The translations under genes and the position numbers were made by a program. DNA of 31,683 nt from a virus (lineage: Duplodnaviria > Caudoviricetes): IMG/VR virus record IMGVR_UViG_3300025012_000225, positions 1 through 31,683 of that record; one strand, given 5' to 3'. Below are positions 8,815 through 18,819 of this stretch, one piece after another. The first letter of the stretch is position 1; each line of letters begins with the position of its first letter. The notes under the pieces were generated by a model that searched no databases, had not been told where the DNA came from, and saw only the letters and a list, made by a program, of their open reading frames with translations.

Positions 8815-10143
8815 ATGCAAGAAGTATTAAGTATTGTTAATCAATTAGCAAGTACAAGTAGTCGCAATGAAAAAGAATCTATCTTAAAAAAGAATCAAAA
8901 CAATCAACTATTCAAAGATATTCTTACATTCGTTTATAATACTTTAGAAGTTAAAACAGGTATTAAACGTAAAAAACTTGAGAAGGAAGTTAATTCTAAA
9001 CCAACAGTAATTATGAATAATTTCTATGATTTAAGAGATTATCTATCTAATCATAATACTGGTTCAGATGAAGTAATTGCAAATATTCAACAGTTTTTAT
9101 CTCAACAAGAAGAAGATATGAAAGAATTGTATATTAAAATTATACTTCAAGACTTACGTTGTGGATTAAAAGAAAAAACTGTTAATTCTGCTTTCGGATA
9201 TGAATTTATTTATATACACAAGTTAGAGAAAGGCGAAGTAGCAGAAGAAAAACATTTTAAATGGCTTAAAGGTAAGGAATTTGGTATTTATAGAAAATTA
9301 GATGGATACAGAAGTGAAATAGAAATTGGAAATAATAAAGTTAAAATAATGTCTTCTGGTGGAGAAATTTATAAAGAATTGGTTGATATTGAAAAAATAT
9401 TATCTGAAACTGATTTACCACATGGAGTATTTGTTTGTGAATTATTAGCAACAGATAATGAAAATATAATGTCTAGAATAGAGAGATTTAATAAAACTGG
9501 TTCTATTCTTAGGAAAGATGGAGAAAAGCATGGAATAGAAGTTAATATATTTAATTTTATTCCTGATGATGGATTTTATAAAGGTTATCATCCTATGACT
9601 TGTAGAGATAGAAAGAATTTAGCAAAAGAATTGATTGATAAGATTAATTCACCTTTAATTAAAAATGTTGATTCTTTTTATATCGGAAAAAATATTGCTC
9701 AAATTGATTATTGGTTTGAAAAAATGATGGATCAAGATGATGAGGGCATTATGGTTTTACCTTTAGATGCTAAGTATTATGGTAAAAAATCATATCAGCA
9801 AATGTTAAAAGTTAAAACTGAGAAAGAAGCTGATGTGGCTATTATTGGTTTTGAAAAAGGTGAAAAAGGTAAGGAATTTGAAAATACTTTAGGTAAAATA
9901 ATTATAGATTATAAAGGTAAACCAGCAAAAGTAATGTGTGGATATAAAGTAAAATATAATCCAGAAAAATATGATAATAGGATGGTTAGAGATTATATTT
10001 GGAATCATCAAGATGAATTAATGGGAAAAATTGTTAAAGTAAGGTATACTGATGAAAATGTTAATGAAAAAGGTGAATTGGATTTAAGACTATGTAGATT
10101 GATTGAATATAGAGATGATAAGATTGTTCCTAGTTATAATTAA
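8815..10143 (+). CDS. ATP-dependent DNA ligase
   Basis: Motif I RKLDGYR, motif IV EGIMV, motif V LKVK, C-terminal OB fold ending YRDDK; SD AAGGAGG before ATG 8815. Confidence 0.9.
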   Translation: MQEVLSIVNQLASTSSRNEKESILKKNQNNQLFKDILTFVYNTLEVKTGIKRKKLEKEVNSKPTVIMNNFYDLRDYLSNHNTGSDEVIANIQQFLSQQEEDMKELYIKIILQDLRCGLKEKTVNSAFGYEFIYIHKLEKGEVAEEKHFKWLKGKEFGIYRKLDGYRSEIEIGNNKVKIMSSGGEIYKELVDIEKILSETDLPHGVFVCELLATDNENIMSRIERFNKTGSILRKDGEKHGIEVNIFNFIPDDGFYKGYHPMTCRDRKNLAKELIDKINSPLIKNVDSFYIGKNIAQIDYWFEKMMDQDDEGIMVLPLDAKYYGKKSYQQMLKVKTEKEADVAIIGFEKGEKGKEFENTLGKIIIDYKGKPAKVMCGYKVKYNPEKYDNRMVRDYIWNHQDELMGKIVKVRYTDENVNEKGELDLRLCRLIEYRDDKIVPSYN

Positions 10144-10171
10144 AATAAACAAATTAAAAGGAGGAAATATT

Positions 10172-10591
10172 ATGATTATTAAAGAAGAACAAAGAGATTT
10201 ATTTTCAGTACCACATGGTTATTATTTTGCACATTGTATTTCAGGTGATTTTGCTTTAGGTGCAGGAATAGCAGTTAAATTCAATGAGTTATATAATATG
10301 CGTAAAAAGTTAAAAGAAGTTGCAGAATATAAATCTGATAATTGTGCAATTCTTATTGATAATGTATTTAATCTTGTGACTAAAAGAAGAGCATTTCATA
10401 AACCTACATATGATAGTTTAAATGAAGCATTGGTAGATATGATGGAGCAAGTTATTAGTTTAGGAGTAGAAAAAATTGCGATTCCATTGATCGGATGCGG
10501 TTTGGACAGATTAGATTGGAGCATTGTTAAGGAAATAATTGAAGAAGTTTTTGAGGATGTTGATGTTGAAATTCTAGTTTGTTATTTATAA
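10172..10591 (+). CDS. Macrodomain ADP-ribose glycohydrolase (TARG1/OARD1/DarG-like class)
   Basis: DLF...AHCISGDFALGAGIAVKF...NLVTK...IAIPLIGCGLDRLDW; SD AAGGAGG. Confidence 0.9.
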   Translation: MIIKEEQRDLFSVPHGYYFAHCISGDFALGAGIAVKFNELYNMRKKLKEVAEYKSDNCAILIDNVFNLVTKRRAFHKPTYDSLNEALVDMMEQVISLGVEKIAIPLIGCGLDRLDWSIVKEIIEEVFEDVDVEILVCYL

Positions 10592-10604
10592 GAGAGGTGG
10601 ATAT

Positions 10605-11834
10605 ATGCAAAATCCATTGTATTTAGTTAAAGTAGAACCAGGAGAGAATAATAATAAATATTACCAGATGTTGGATAAAGGAGATGGTTACTTTATATGT
10701 AAATATGGTAGGATAGGTAATTCAGGATATCAAACAAAAACTTATCCTATATTTAAATGGGAATCTCAGTATAAAAGTAAAATAAAAAAGGGTTATGTGG
10801 ACAATAGTAGATTAGTTGCAGAAACTATTATCCCTCAAAATAAAAAGAAAGAATACCTTGATATTATTATTCCTTCAATCGCACAAATTGTAATAAGATT
10901 ACAATCAATGGCACGACAAGCAATTAAAGATAATTATACAATATCTTCTAATAAAGTTACACAACAAATGATTGACGAAGCACAATTAATTTTAAATAAT
11001 TTAATTGATACAGATGATATTGAATTATTTAATAAGATATTAGTTGATTTATTTAAAACTATTCCTAGAAAAATGGGAAAAGTTAAAGATTACTTAGCAA
11101 AAGATGATAAAGATTTTAGTGAGATTATTCAAAGAGAGCAAGATTTACTTGATGTAATGAAAGGGCAGGTGGTACAGCATTCAATAGTCAAAGATGAAAA
11201 TAATGAAAATGATACATATGAAATGCCAAATCAAACAATATTAGAAGTCTTAGGATTGCAATTTGAAGAAATTAATCAGGAAGAAAAAGAATTAATCAAG
11301 AAAAATCTTGGTGGTATTAGTGATAAGTTTTATCAAGCATGGAAAGTAATTAACATTAAGACACAAAAGAAATTTGATGAATTTACACAGAGCAATAATA
11401 TAAATAATATGAAGTTATTATGGCATGGCAGTAAATCAGAGAATTTCTGGTCAATTATTAATATGGGTCTAGCACTTAGACCTCCAGCAGTAATCACAGG
11501 TAAATTATATGGGAATGGTATTTACTTTGCTCCAAAAGCTAGAAAAAGTTTAGGATATACATCTTTAAATGGAAGTTATTGGGTTAAAGGTAATAGTAAT
11601 TCAGGATTTATGGCATTATTTAATGTTGCTTATGGTAAACCTTATGATGTTTATACATTTGATAGTAAATATCATAATTTAAACTATGAAAACTTACAAA
11701 TAATGTGTCCTGGTAGTAATTGTTTACATGCACATGCAGGTGCAAATATTGGTTATTCAACATTAAAGAATGATGAAATAATAGTATATAAAGAAGAACA
11801 ATGTACTATAAAATATTTAATTGAATTGAGGTAG
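10605..11834 (+). CDS. WGR-domain PARP-like ADP-ribosyltransferase
   Basis: WGR domain (NNNKYY...YGRIG), helical region (FKTIPR), catalytic LLWHGS / GNGIYFA / KSLGY / NDEIIVY giving an H-Y-E triad. Confidence 0.9.
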   Translation: MQNPLYLVKVEPGENNNKYYQMLDKGDGYFICKYGRIGNSGYQTKTYPIFKWESQYKSKIKKGYVDNSRLVAETIIPQNKKKEYLDIIIPSIAQIVIRLQSMARQAIKDNYTISSNKVTQQMIDEAQLILNNLIDTDDIELFNKILVDLFKTIPRKMGKVKDYLAKDDKDFSEIIQREQDLLDVMKGQVVQHSIVKDENNENDTYEMPNQTILEVLGLQFEEINQEEKELIKKNLGGISDKFYQAWKVINIKTQKKFDEFTQSNNINNMKLLWHGSKSENFWSIINMGLALRPPAVITGKLYGNGIYFAPKARKSLGYTSLNGSYWVKGNSNSGFMALFNVAYGKPYDVYTFDSKYHNLNYENLQIMCPGSNCLHAHAGANIGYSTLKNDEIIVYKEEQCTIKYLIELR

Positions 11835-11880
11835 TTATTAATTTCTGTCAAGGGAAAAATAAAAATAAATAAAATTTCTC

Positions 11881-11910
11881 TTGACAGAATGATAATATAA
11901 ATGTTATAAT
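11881..11910 (+). promoter_or_regulatory. SigA-type promoter of the replication operon
   Basis: TTGACA-18-TATAAT with extended TG. Confidence 0.8.
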
Positions 11911-11983
11911 AATGAAGGATTAAGAAGTAAGAATTAAATTCAAAAAACAAAAAATTAAAATGAAAAGGAGAAATGATTTATTT

Positions 11984-12283
11984 ATGATCGATGTTAAAAA
12001 AGTGCCGTACAAAAGTATTGAAGTAGAAACAGAAGTAGGAATTCAAACTATTTCAAGTGGAAACAAAATTAGATTTGTTACCGAAGATAATGGTGAATTA
12101 AAGCAAGGAGTAGTGACTGGTTTTAAAGGTACTAAACCTGAGAAAGTAGAAGTAGAATTTATCCCAAGTGATGGTAAACACAAGGAAACGTGGAGTATTT
12201 TGGAAATGGAGGATGGAAGTTTAAGATTGAGTGAGGAGGAAAAGGATGAAGATAAGGGTGGTGATAATGGAGAAGAAGAATAA
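11984..12283 (+). CDS. Hypothetical protein with acidic tail
   Basis: SD AAGGAG upstream of ATG 11984; ORF track start is 11960. Confidence 0.7.
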   Translation: MIDVKKVPYKSIEVETEVGIQTISSGNKIRFVTEDNGELKQGVVTGFKGTKPEKVEVEFIPSDGKHKETWSILEMEDGSLRLSEEEKDEDKGGDNGEEE

Positions 12284-12375
12284 GTGATAAGGTTTAGTTT
12301 AATAGGTTAGTAAGTTAAGTAATTAGTAAGAATAATAAAATAAAAAATACATATATAAAGGAGATAATATTACAT

Positions 12376-13614
12376 ATGGCAAATAACACATTTGAATTTG
12401 TTGGAAAATTATCAATTGGTAAAGAATCAGAAAAATTTAAACCTTATACTACAGAAACTTATCCTAGTGGTTGGGTATCTAACAGATTATTATTTAATGT
12501 AATTGCAGGAGATAATCGTCATATGCTTGAATCTAAAGGTGGATATTTTGCTAATGGTGAAGGTAAAATATATTCCTTTTCAAAATCTGGTAAAGATGAT
12601 GAAGGTAATCAAGTTAAAGGTGAAAAACTTGAAATTGCATGGAAAGATAGATTTAAACCAGAAGAAATTGCTAATGTAGCTGAATTTAAAAAATTTGTTA
12701 TTGATTTAGAAGAACCTGGACGTAGATTTAAGTTAGAAAAAGCATTAGAAAAATATAAAGACGGAACATTAGAAGATGAAGAACTTAAAAATTTAGGTGT
12801 AGAAGATATTGAAAAAGTATGTGAAGATAGTAAGAAAAAACGTAAAGAATTCCTTGCTGAATCTGATTTCGCAGAATATTTATATAAAGTAATTTCTTCA
12901 GGTAAAATTAATGAAAGAATGTTTAAAGTATTAGGTAATATCGTATATACATATTCAGATAAAACTGAAAAATTTTATAAGAAAAATGTTCCTACTAGAA
13001 TTTATTTAGCAGAAAAAGATGCTCAACCAGTTTCAACAGGACAATTAACTTTATTTTTTAATAAGGATAGTTTAGATGATAGTTTATTTAAGAAAACACA
13101 AAAATATTATGTTAATACATATGTTAGAGACTATGATAATCAAAGAAAAACTAATATTCCTTGTCCAGTAATTTTAACTATTGACTTTTCAAATGAAGAT
13201 GAAAAAGTTAAAAAAGTAAATGATTTATTTGTAAAGCAATTTACTGTTAAAGATAAATCATGGAAAGAATTTGGTGTTAAAGTAAAAATACTTGATGGTG
13301 CTCAAAAAATGGAAATTACAGAAGATATGCTAAATGATTTTCAACGTGAAATGCTTGAATTAGAAGCTATGACGATGGATCAAATTAGAGAAGATATTAT
13401 GAAAGAAACTGGTGGAAACATTTATGGAGATCCTGTAAGAGAAATGGTAATTATTAATGCTGCTAAAGGGTATACAAAAGGTAGAAAAGATACAGTATAC
13501 CAAAACAAAGATTTTGTTATTGTTCCAATAGAAATAAAAAAAGAAAAAGATAATAAAAACAAAGAAGGAGAAAATGAAGATATATTTGATGATTTAGATT
13601 TAAATTTAGACTAA
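12376..13614 (+). CDS. Phage replication protein, putative single-stranded DNA-binding protein
   Basis: Beta-rich with acidic C-terminal tail (EDIFDDLDLNLD); directly upstream of the AAA ATPase, helicase and primase as in SPbeta-like replication blocks. Confidence 0.5.
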   Translation: MANNTFEFVGKLSIGKESEKFKPYTTETYPSGWVSNRLLFNVIAGDNRHMLESKGGYFANGEGKIYSFSKSGKDDEGNQVKGEKLEIAWKDRFKPEEIANVAEFKKFVIDLEEPGRRFKLEKALEKYKDGTLEDEELKNLGVEDIEKVCEDSKKKRKEFLAESDFAEYLYKVISSGKINERMFKVLGNIVYTYSDKTEKFYKKNVPTRIYLAEKDAQPVSTGQLTLFFNKDSLDDSLFKKTQKYYVNTYVRDYDNQRKTNIPCPVILTIDFSNEDEKVKKVNDLFVKQFTVKDKSWKEFGVKVKILDGAQKMEITEDMLNDFQREMLELEAMTMDQIREDIMKETGGNIYGDPVREMVIINAAKGYTKGRKDTVYQNKDFVIVPIEIKKEKDNKNKEGENEDIFDDLDLNLD

Positions 13615-13623
13615 TTAAAAAAT

Positions 13624-13645
13624 AAAGGGGTGAAATTCCCCTTTT
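13624..13645 (+). terminator. Intra-operon terminator hairpin
   Basis: AAAGGGG-tgaaatt-CCCCTTTT. Confidence 0.65.
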
Positions 13646-13679
13646 AATAAAATAATAATATAAAAGGAGATTAAAATTT

Positions 13680-14819
13680 ATGACAAGAAGAAAAGTAGGT
13701 AAAAGAAAAGAAGTCAAAATTGATTTTGCTAATTATAGTTATTTATTAGATGGAATCGCCGGGATCGGGAAAACGACTTTAGCATATGAAGTTGGTAAAA
13801 CTCTTTACGGTGAAGATGGAATAATGATTTTAACTGTAGGTCAAGAACCTGAACCAGATCATTTAGGAGGAGTTTTATCTGATAGAGCAGGAACATGGGA
13901 AGATTTAACAGAAATGGTTGATGATCTAGTTGCATATAGAAATGAAGATTATAAAAATTTAAAAATGATTGCAATAGATACTGTAGATGAATTATTTAGA
14001 CTTGCAGAAGAAGAAGTAGTAGAGATATATAATGCTTCTGTTATACCAGAGAAAAGAGTAAAATCAATTAAACAAGCATATGGTGGGTTTCAGGGAGGAG
14101 AAAATAAAGTAGTAGATTTAGTTATTTCTACTGTATTTAAGTTAAGAGATGCTAAATATGGTATTTTCTTTATTGGTCATACAAAACAAAAAAATAAAAA
14201 AGATCTTATGACTGATATTGAATATGAACAACTTACCTCAAATTTAGAAGCTAAATACTATAATGCAATTAAAGATAAAGTAAATATTGTTGCTTGTGCA
14301 TACATAGAAAGAGAAATGAATGATATTGAAACAGTTAAGGATGCATTTAGCAAGAAAAATAAACAAGTAGGTAGAATTGCTTCTGAACGTAGAGTGATTG
14401 TATTTAGAGATGAAGAATATGCAATTGATGTAAAATCACATTTTATTGATATTGAACCTAAAATTGAATTTGATACAAATATTTTTATTGATACTATTCT
14501 TGTTGCAATTAAAAAACAACATGAAAAATATCATGGTAAGACTTCTGATAAAGAATTAAAACAAATAAAAGAAAAGCAAGAAACTGAACGTATAAATGAA
14601 GCAGAAGAAAAGGTACAAGAAATTAGAGAAGATTTAGATAATATATCAGATGAAGAGAAAAATAAAGAATTAGTTAAGAAAATTACTAGTCATTATAAAA
14701 CTGCCAATCCTGAACAAAAAAAATCAGTGAAAGATATATTAGAAAAAAATGGTACATCAAAATTTGATCTTGCCTTACCAACAAGAGTATTTGAAGAAAT
14801 ATTACATATTTTTGAATAA
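13680..14819 (+). CDS. AAA/P-loop ATPase (Sak4/AAA_24-like)
   Basis: Walker A GIAGIGKTT, Walker B IAIDTVD, FIGH motif. Confidence 0.8.
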   Translation: MTRRKVGKRKEVKIDFANYSYLLDGIAGIGKTTLAYEVGKTLYGEDGIMILTVGQEPEPDHLGGVLSDRAGTWEDLTEMVDDLVAYRNEDYKNLKMIAIDTVDELFRLAEEEVVEIYNASVIPEKRVKSIKQAYGGFQGGENKVVDLVISTVFKLRDAKYGIFFIGHTKQKNKKDLMTDIEYEQLTSNLEAKYYNAIKDKVNIVACAYIEREMNDIETVKDAFSKKNKQVGRIASERRVIVFRDEEYAIDVKSHFIDIEPKIEFDTNIFIDTILVAIKKQHEKYHGKTSDKELKQIKEKQETERINEAEEKVQEIREDLDNISDEEKNKELVKKITSHYKTANPEQKKSVKDILEKNGTSKFDLALPTRVFEEILHIFE

Positions 14820-14826
14820 ATAATTT

Positions 14827-14853
14827 AATAGGGAGAATATTATTCTCCCTATT
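14827..14853 (+). terminator. Stem-loop after the ATPase gene
   Basis: AATAGGGAGAATA-t-TATTCTCCCTATT perfect inverted repeat. Confidence 0.6.
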
Positions 14854-14874
14854 ATCTATTGGAAGGTGGATATT

Positions 14875-15357
14875 ATATTAGTAAAATGTAAATGCCATGA
14901 TAATAATAAAATAGAAAGAGATACTGCATTTAAAGTAATTATTAATGGTAAAAACGAATACTATTGTACTGAAAAAGATTATTTATTAATTAAAGAAGAA
15001 AAAGAAAATAGGATAAATTGTATAGAAAATATTAATAAAATATTTGGATATGTGATAACAAATACAGCATTATTTAAAGAATTAAAATTGATTGCAGAAA
15101 TTCATACATATAAGAAAATTAATTTATATTTAATGGATAACATCAGTTTCTTAGAAAAAGTTATGTCTAAAGAATTTAGTCGTGAATATGGAAAGATTAG
15201 GTATTTTATGACAATACTTAATAATAATTTGCAAGATTATAAATTAAAACAACCTGAACCAATTAAGCAATTAGATATTGAAATGATTGAAGTTAATTAT
15301 AAATCAAAAGAACGTAAAAAGAATCTATCAGAATATATAGAAGAATTGGAGGGATAA
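14875..15357 (+). CDS. Hypothetical replication protein, possible helicase loader (probable ATA start; track GTG at 14866)
   Basis: N-terminal C-x-C-H...YYC; abuts the helicase gene; the GTG lies within the SD GGAAGGTGG. Confidence 0.6.
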   Translation: MLVKCKCHDNNKIERDTAFKVIINGKNEYYCTEKDYLLIKEEKENRINCIENINKIFGYVITNTALFKELKLIAEIHTYKKINLYLMDNISFLEKVMSKEFSREYGKIRYFMTILNNNLQDYKLKQPEPIKQLDIEMIEVNYKSKERKKNLSEYIEELEG

Positions 15358-15358
15358 T

Positions 15359-16912
15359 TTGAGTGAATTTATTAGTGGTTGCAGTAAATATCCTGAACAA
15401 TTACTTAAAGGAAGAATAACCATAGAAGGTAATGTTATTTCTTGCTTATTTAAAGACATTTTATTACTTGATGAATGTAATCTTAAAATTGAAGATTTTT
15501 TGTCAATAGATGGTAGATTTTATTTTGCTTTAATTCAAAATATAAGATCTAAAGGATTCCCTTCTATTGATGAAGTAACTATTCTATCTAATATATCTGA
15601 AATGATTGAAGAAAGTTTTCAAAATAGAGGTGGATGGAATACAATACAAAACCTAATTGACATAATTAATGACAAAAATTGGGATACATATCTAGATATT
15701 TTATATAGAGAAAACATTATAATTAATTTGTATAATAATGGATTTAATTTGCTAAGTGCTGTAGAAGAAGACGGTAAAAATATTATTCCATTAGATTTAT
15801 TTAGAAAAATGGATAGTGAAAGTGTTATTGAATATTATGAAAATAAACTATCAACATTTTCAACTAGAAATAGTAGTAAAATTATAGAAGAAGGTAATCT
15901 TGATATTACAGATGAATTTATTGAAGAAGTACAATCAGGATTAGAAAGTGGTGTACCATTTAATACGTGTGGAATTGATTGTGATGGAAATAATGTAATG
16001 TGTTTTCCTTATATATCCAATCAAATAGGAGGTTTATTATCAGGAGCATTACATATGTTGGGTGGTTTTAGTTCTTCTGGAAAAACTACATTAATTATTA
16101 CAATATTAATGGCATTAGCTTCACAAGGGAAAAAAACATTAATTATTACAAATGAACAAAAAAGTACAGTATTTAAGATTCAATTTATTACATGGTTACT
16201 TGCTAAAAAGTTTAAGTATTTTAAAGTAACTAAAAGAAAAATAAAAAATAAAAATGAATTAACAGATATTGACAAAGAATATATAAAAAAAGCACAAAAA
16301 TTATGGAATGAAGAATATAGTAAATATTTTAAATTTATTCAAATAGCAGATGCAGACATTAATTTAGTAAAAAAGAAAGTAAGATATTATGCTTTGTCTC
16401 ATGGATTCGATTGTTTTGTTTATGATACATTTAAATCAGAATTAACAAATATGAAAGGAGATCAAAACTGGTTAAATTTAATTAAAGATTCTAGAGAACT
16501 AGATAAACTTGCTAAAAAATATAATCTTATAGGATTTGCAAATATTCAATTAGCACAAGCATTATTTGGAATATTATTTTTAGATGCTTCAACATTAAGT
16601 CAATCAAAACAAATAAAAGAAATATTAGAAACATTATTATTAATTAGACCAGTATTTTCAGATGAATTAGATAAAAGTAGTAAGTATTATTGTAAACCAT
16701 TTAAAAGAGTAAAAATACAAAATAAATGGTGTGAAGAAGAATATGAACCAGATCCAACAGCGGTTTATAGAATGTTATTCTTTGAAAAAAATAGAAATGG
16801 TGAAAATTCAAGTGATACAGGAGTAGCTATGCTTCTAAAATTTAATGGAAATACAGGAACATTTACTGAATCTGCATATTCAAGACCGAAACATGGAAAG
16901 ATTGGAGGATAA
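15359..16912 (+). CDS. dnaB: DnaB-like replicative helicase
   Basis: Walker A GGFSSSGKTT, ITNEQ, VYDTFK, IQLA, EKNRNG. Confidence 0.85.
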   Translation: MSEFISGCSKYPEQLLKGRITIEGNVISCLFKDILLLDECNLKIEDFLSIDGRFYFALIQNIRSKGFPSIDEVTILSNISEMIEESFQNRGGWNTIQNLIDIINDKNWDTYLDILYRENIIINLYNNGFNLLSAVEEDGKNIIPLDLFRKMDSESVIEYYENKLSTFSTRNSSKIIEEGNLDITDEFIEEVQSGLESGVPFNTCGIDCDGNNVMCFPYISNQIGGLLSGALHMLGGFSSSGKTTLIITILMALASQGKKTLIITNEQKSTVFKIQFITWLLAKKFKYFKVTKRKIKNKNELTDIDKEYIKKAQKLWNEEYSKYFKFIQIADADINLVKKKVRYYALSHGFDCFVYDTFKSELTNMKGDQNWLNLIKDSRELDKLAKKYNLIGFANIQLAQALFGILFLDASTLSQSKQIKEILETLLLIRPVFSDELDKSSKYYCKPFKRVKIQNKWCEEEYEPDPTAVYRMLFFEKNRNGENSSDTGVAMLLKFNGNTGTFTESAYSRPKHGKIGG

Positions 16913-16956
16913 ATTAAATTATTATATAAGTAATATGATATTAATACATAATTTAT

Positions 16957-17997
16957 ATGGATGGAGCGAATTTTGTGATAACTGAAATCAAACAAAAACT
17001 CATAGATAATCCTATACATATTAAAAATATATTAGAATATTATGAGTTTCATAATATTGATCTCAAATCACATGAGATTCGTGCTGGTATTAATGAAAAA
17101 ACTAATAAAACATCAATAAGAATTAAATTACATAATAATCAATATTTATATGTTTCTGATTATGGTAGAGGAATTAATTGTGATTTTATCAGTTTTATTA
17201 TTAAAAGTAAAAATGTTGAATTTAAAGAAGTTATTAATATTATTAAAAAAGAATTAGGAATTGATTCATTTTATTATTATAAGAAAAGAAAATCTGTATT
17301 TGGAGGATTCTATAATAAAATTAAATCTAAAAATGCACATGTTATAGAATTAAAAACTTATGATGAGAATATTTTAAATCAATATTTGGATAAATATAAT
17401 ATTATGTTTTTTCGTGATAATATATCATTTCAAACACAAAAGAAATTTAAAATTGGATTTGATATATTATCACAAAGAATTACATGTCCTTGGTGGAGTT
17501 TTGAAGGAGATTTAGTTGGTATTACTGGAAGATATATAGGAGATTATGAAATGGATAATACATTAAAATGGTGTCCAGTAATTCCTCATCTAAAATCTCA
17601 AACATTATATGGTTATACAGAAAATTACCAATACCTTCAAGGATGTGAAGAATTATATATTTTTGAATCTGAAAAGGGAGCAATGCAATTAGATAGTATG
17701 GATATATATACTGGATTAGCATTGGGTGGTAATTCAATTCATTATCATCAAATAATAAATATAATAAATTTGCAACCTCAAAAAATAATTTTAGGAATGG
17801 ATGAAGGTTTAAAGGAAGAAATTGTTGTAAATCAAATTAATAAAATAAAATCTATGTTAAAATTTAAAGATATTAAAGTGGGATATATCATAGATAAAGA
17901 AAATAAAATATTACCTAAAGAATCAAAAATGAGTCCTACAGATTTAGGTAAAGAAAAATTTATAGAATTAAAAAATAATTATGTAGAGTGGGTGTGA
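16957..17997 (+). CDS. DNA primase (TOPRIM), SPbeta-like
   Basis: RITCPW...VGITGR, LYG, YIFESEK, LGMDEG, SPTD; the true start may be GTG 16975. Confidence 0.8.
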   Translation: MDGANFVITEIKQKLIDNPIHIKNILEYYEFHNIDLKSHEIRAGINEKTNKTSIRIKLHNNQYLYVSDYGRGINCDFISFIIKSKNVEFKEVINIIKKELGIDSFYYYKKRKSVFGGFYNKIKSKNAHVIELKTYDENILNQYLDKYNIMFFRDNISFQTQKKFKIGFDILSQRITCPWWSFEGDLVGITGRYIGDYEMDNTLKWCPVIPHLKSQTLYGYTENYQYLQGCEELYIFESEKGAMQLDSMDIYTGLALGGNSIHYHQIINIINLQPQKIILGMDEGLKEEIVVNQINKIKSMLKFKDIKVGYIIDKENKILPKESKMSPTDLGKEKFIELKNNYVEWV

Positions 17998-18800
17998 TAT
18001 TGAGTAAAATAATATATAGCTTTAGTAGATTAGATAGTTTTCATAATTGTAAAAGAAGTTATTTTTATACATATGTTCTTGGACAAAGAGGTGGTGAAAA
18101 CATATATAGTTTTTTAGGTACTATATGCCATGAATTAACTCAAGGGATAATTGAGAATAAAGAAACAAATGAAGGTGCTGTAGAAAAATTTACTCAAGCA
18201 GTAGATGATGCTGATATGCTTGGATTAGAATGGATTAGTGAAAAAGTTAAAAATAATTATAAAGAATGTATTACACATTTTTTTGAAAATTATATTTCCG
18301 AAGCAATAAAAGATTTTAAGATTGAAGAATACTTTGAAGTGAATGTAAATGGAGTTATGATGAAAGGATATATTGATTTATGGTATTTTAAAGATGGGAA
18401 AATACATATATGTGATTTAAAAACAAGTAGTAAATATAGTAAGAAAGATTTACTTAAAAAACAAAGACAATTATATTTATATGCATATGCTTTAAGTAAA
18501 CAATATCCAAATATGAAGATTAATTTATATTTTAATATGTTAAAGTACGTAATTCAAAATAATAAATTAGTTGAAAGAAATAAATGTAGTATATTTGAGG
18601 ATTACTCAGATGGATTAGTAATAATAAAATATGATGATGATATTGCTAAAAAAGATATTGAAGATTATGTGACAAATACAGTAGATGAAATTGAATTGTT
18701 GGATAAAGATATTATATTTTGGAATAAAAATTATAATGCTGAAAAAGATTTCTTTTGTGTTAATTTATGTAGTTTTAGAGATAAGTGTTTAATTGAATAA
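17988..18800 (+). CDS. PD-(D/E)XK nuclease (RecB/Cas4-like exonuclease)
   Basis: YSFSRL...C, GTICH, GYIDL, ICDLKT, QLYLY, C-terminal Cys cluster; likely start TTG 18000. Confidence 0.85.
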   Translation: MGVILSKIIYSFSRLDSFHNCKRSYFYTYVLGQRGGENIYSFLGTICHELTQGIIENKETNEGAVEKFTQAVDDADMLGLEWISEKVKNNYKECITHFFENYISEAIKDFKIEEYFEVNVNGVMMKGYIDLWYFKDGKIHICDLKTSSKYSKKDLLKKQRQLYLYAYALSKQYPNMKINLYFNMLKYVIQNNKLVERNKCSIFEDYSDGLVIIKYDDDIAKKDIEDYVTNTVDEIELLDKDIIFWNKNYNAEKDFFCVNLCSFRDKCLIE

Positions 18801-18819
18801 AATAATAAGGAGGAATAAT

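Noticed and set aside
12281-12330. TAAGT/TTAGT micro-repeats as iterons or origin
   Set aside because: Irregular, short and low-complexity; no fixed period.
17988-18800. Cas4 / CRISPR system
   Set aside because: No repeat-spacer array or other cas genes; the context is a phage replication operon.
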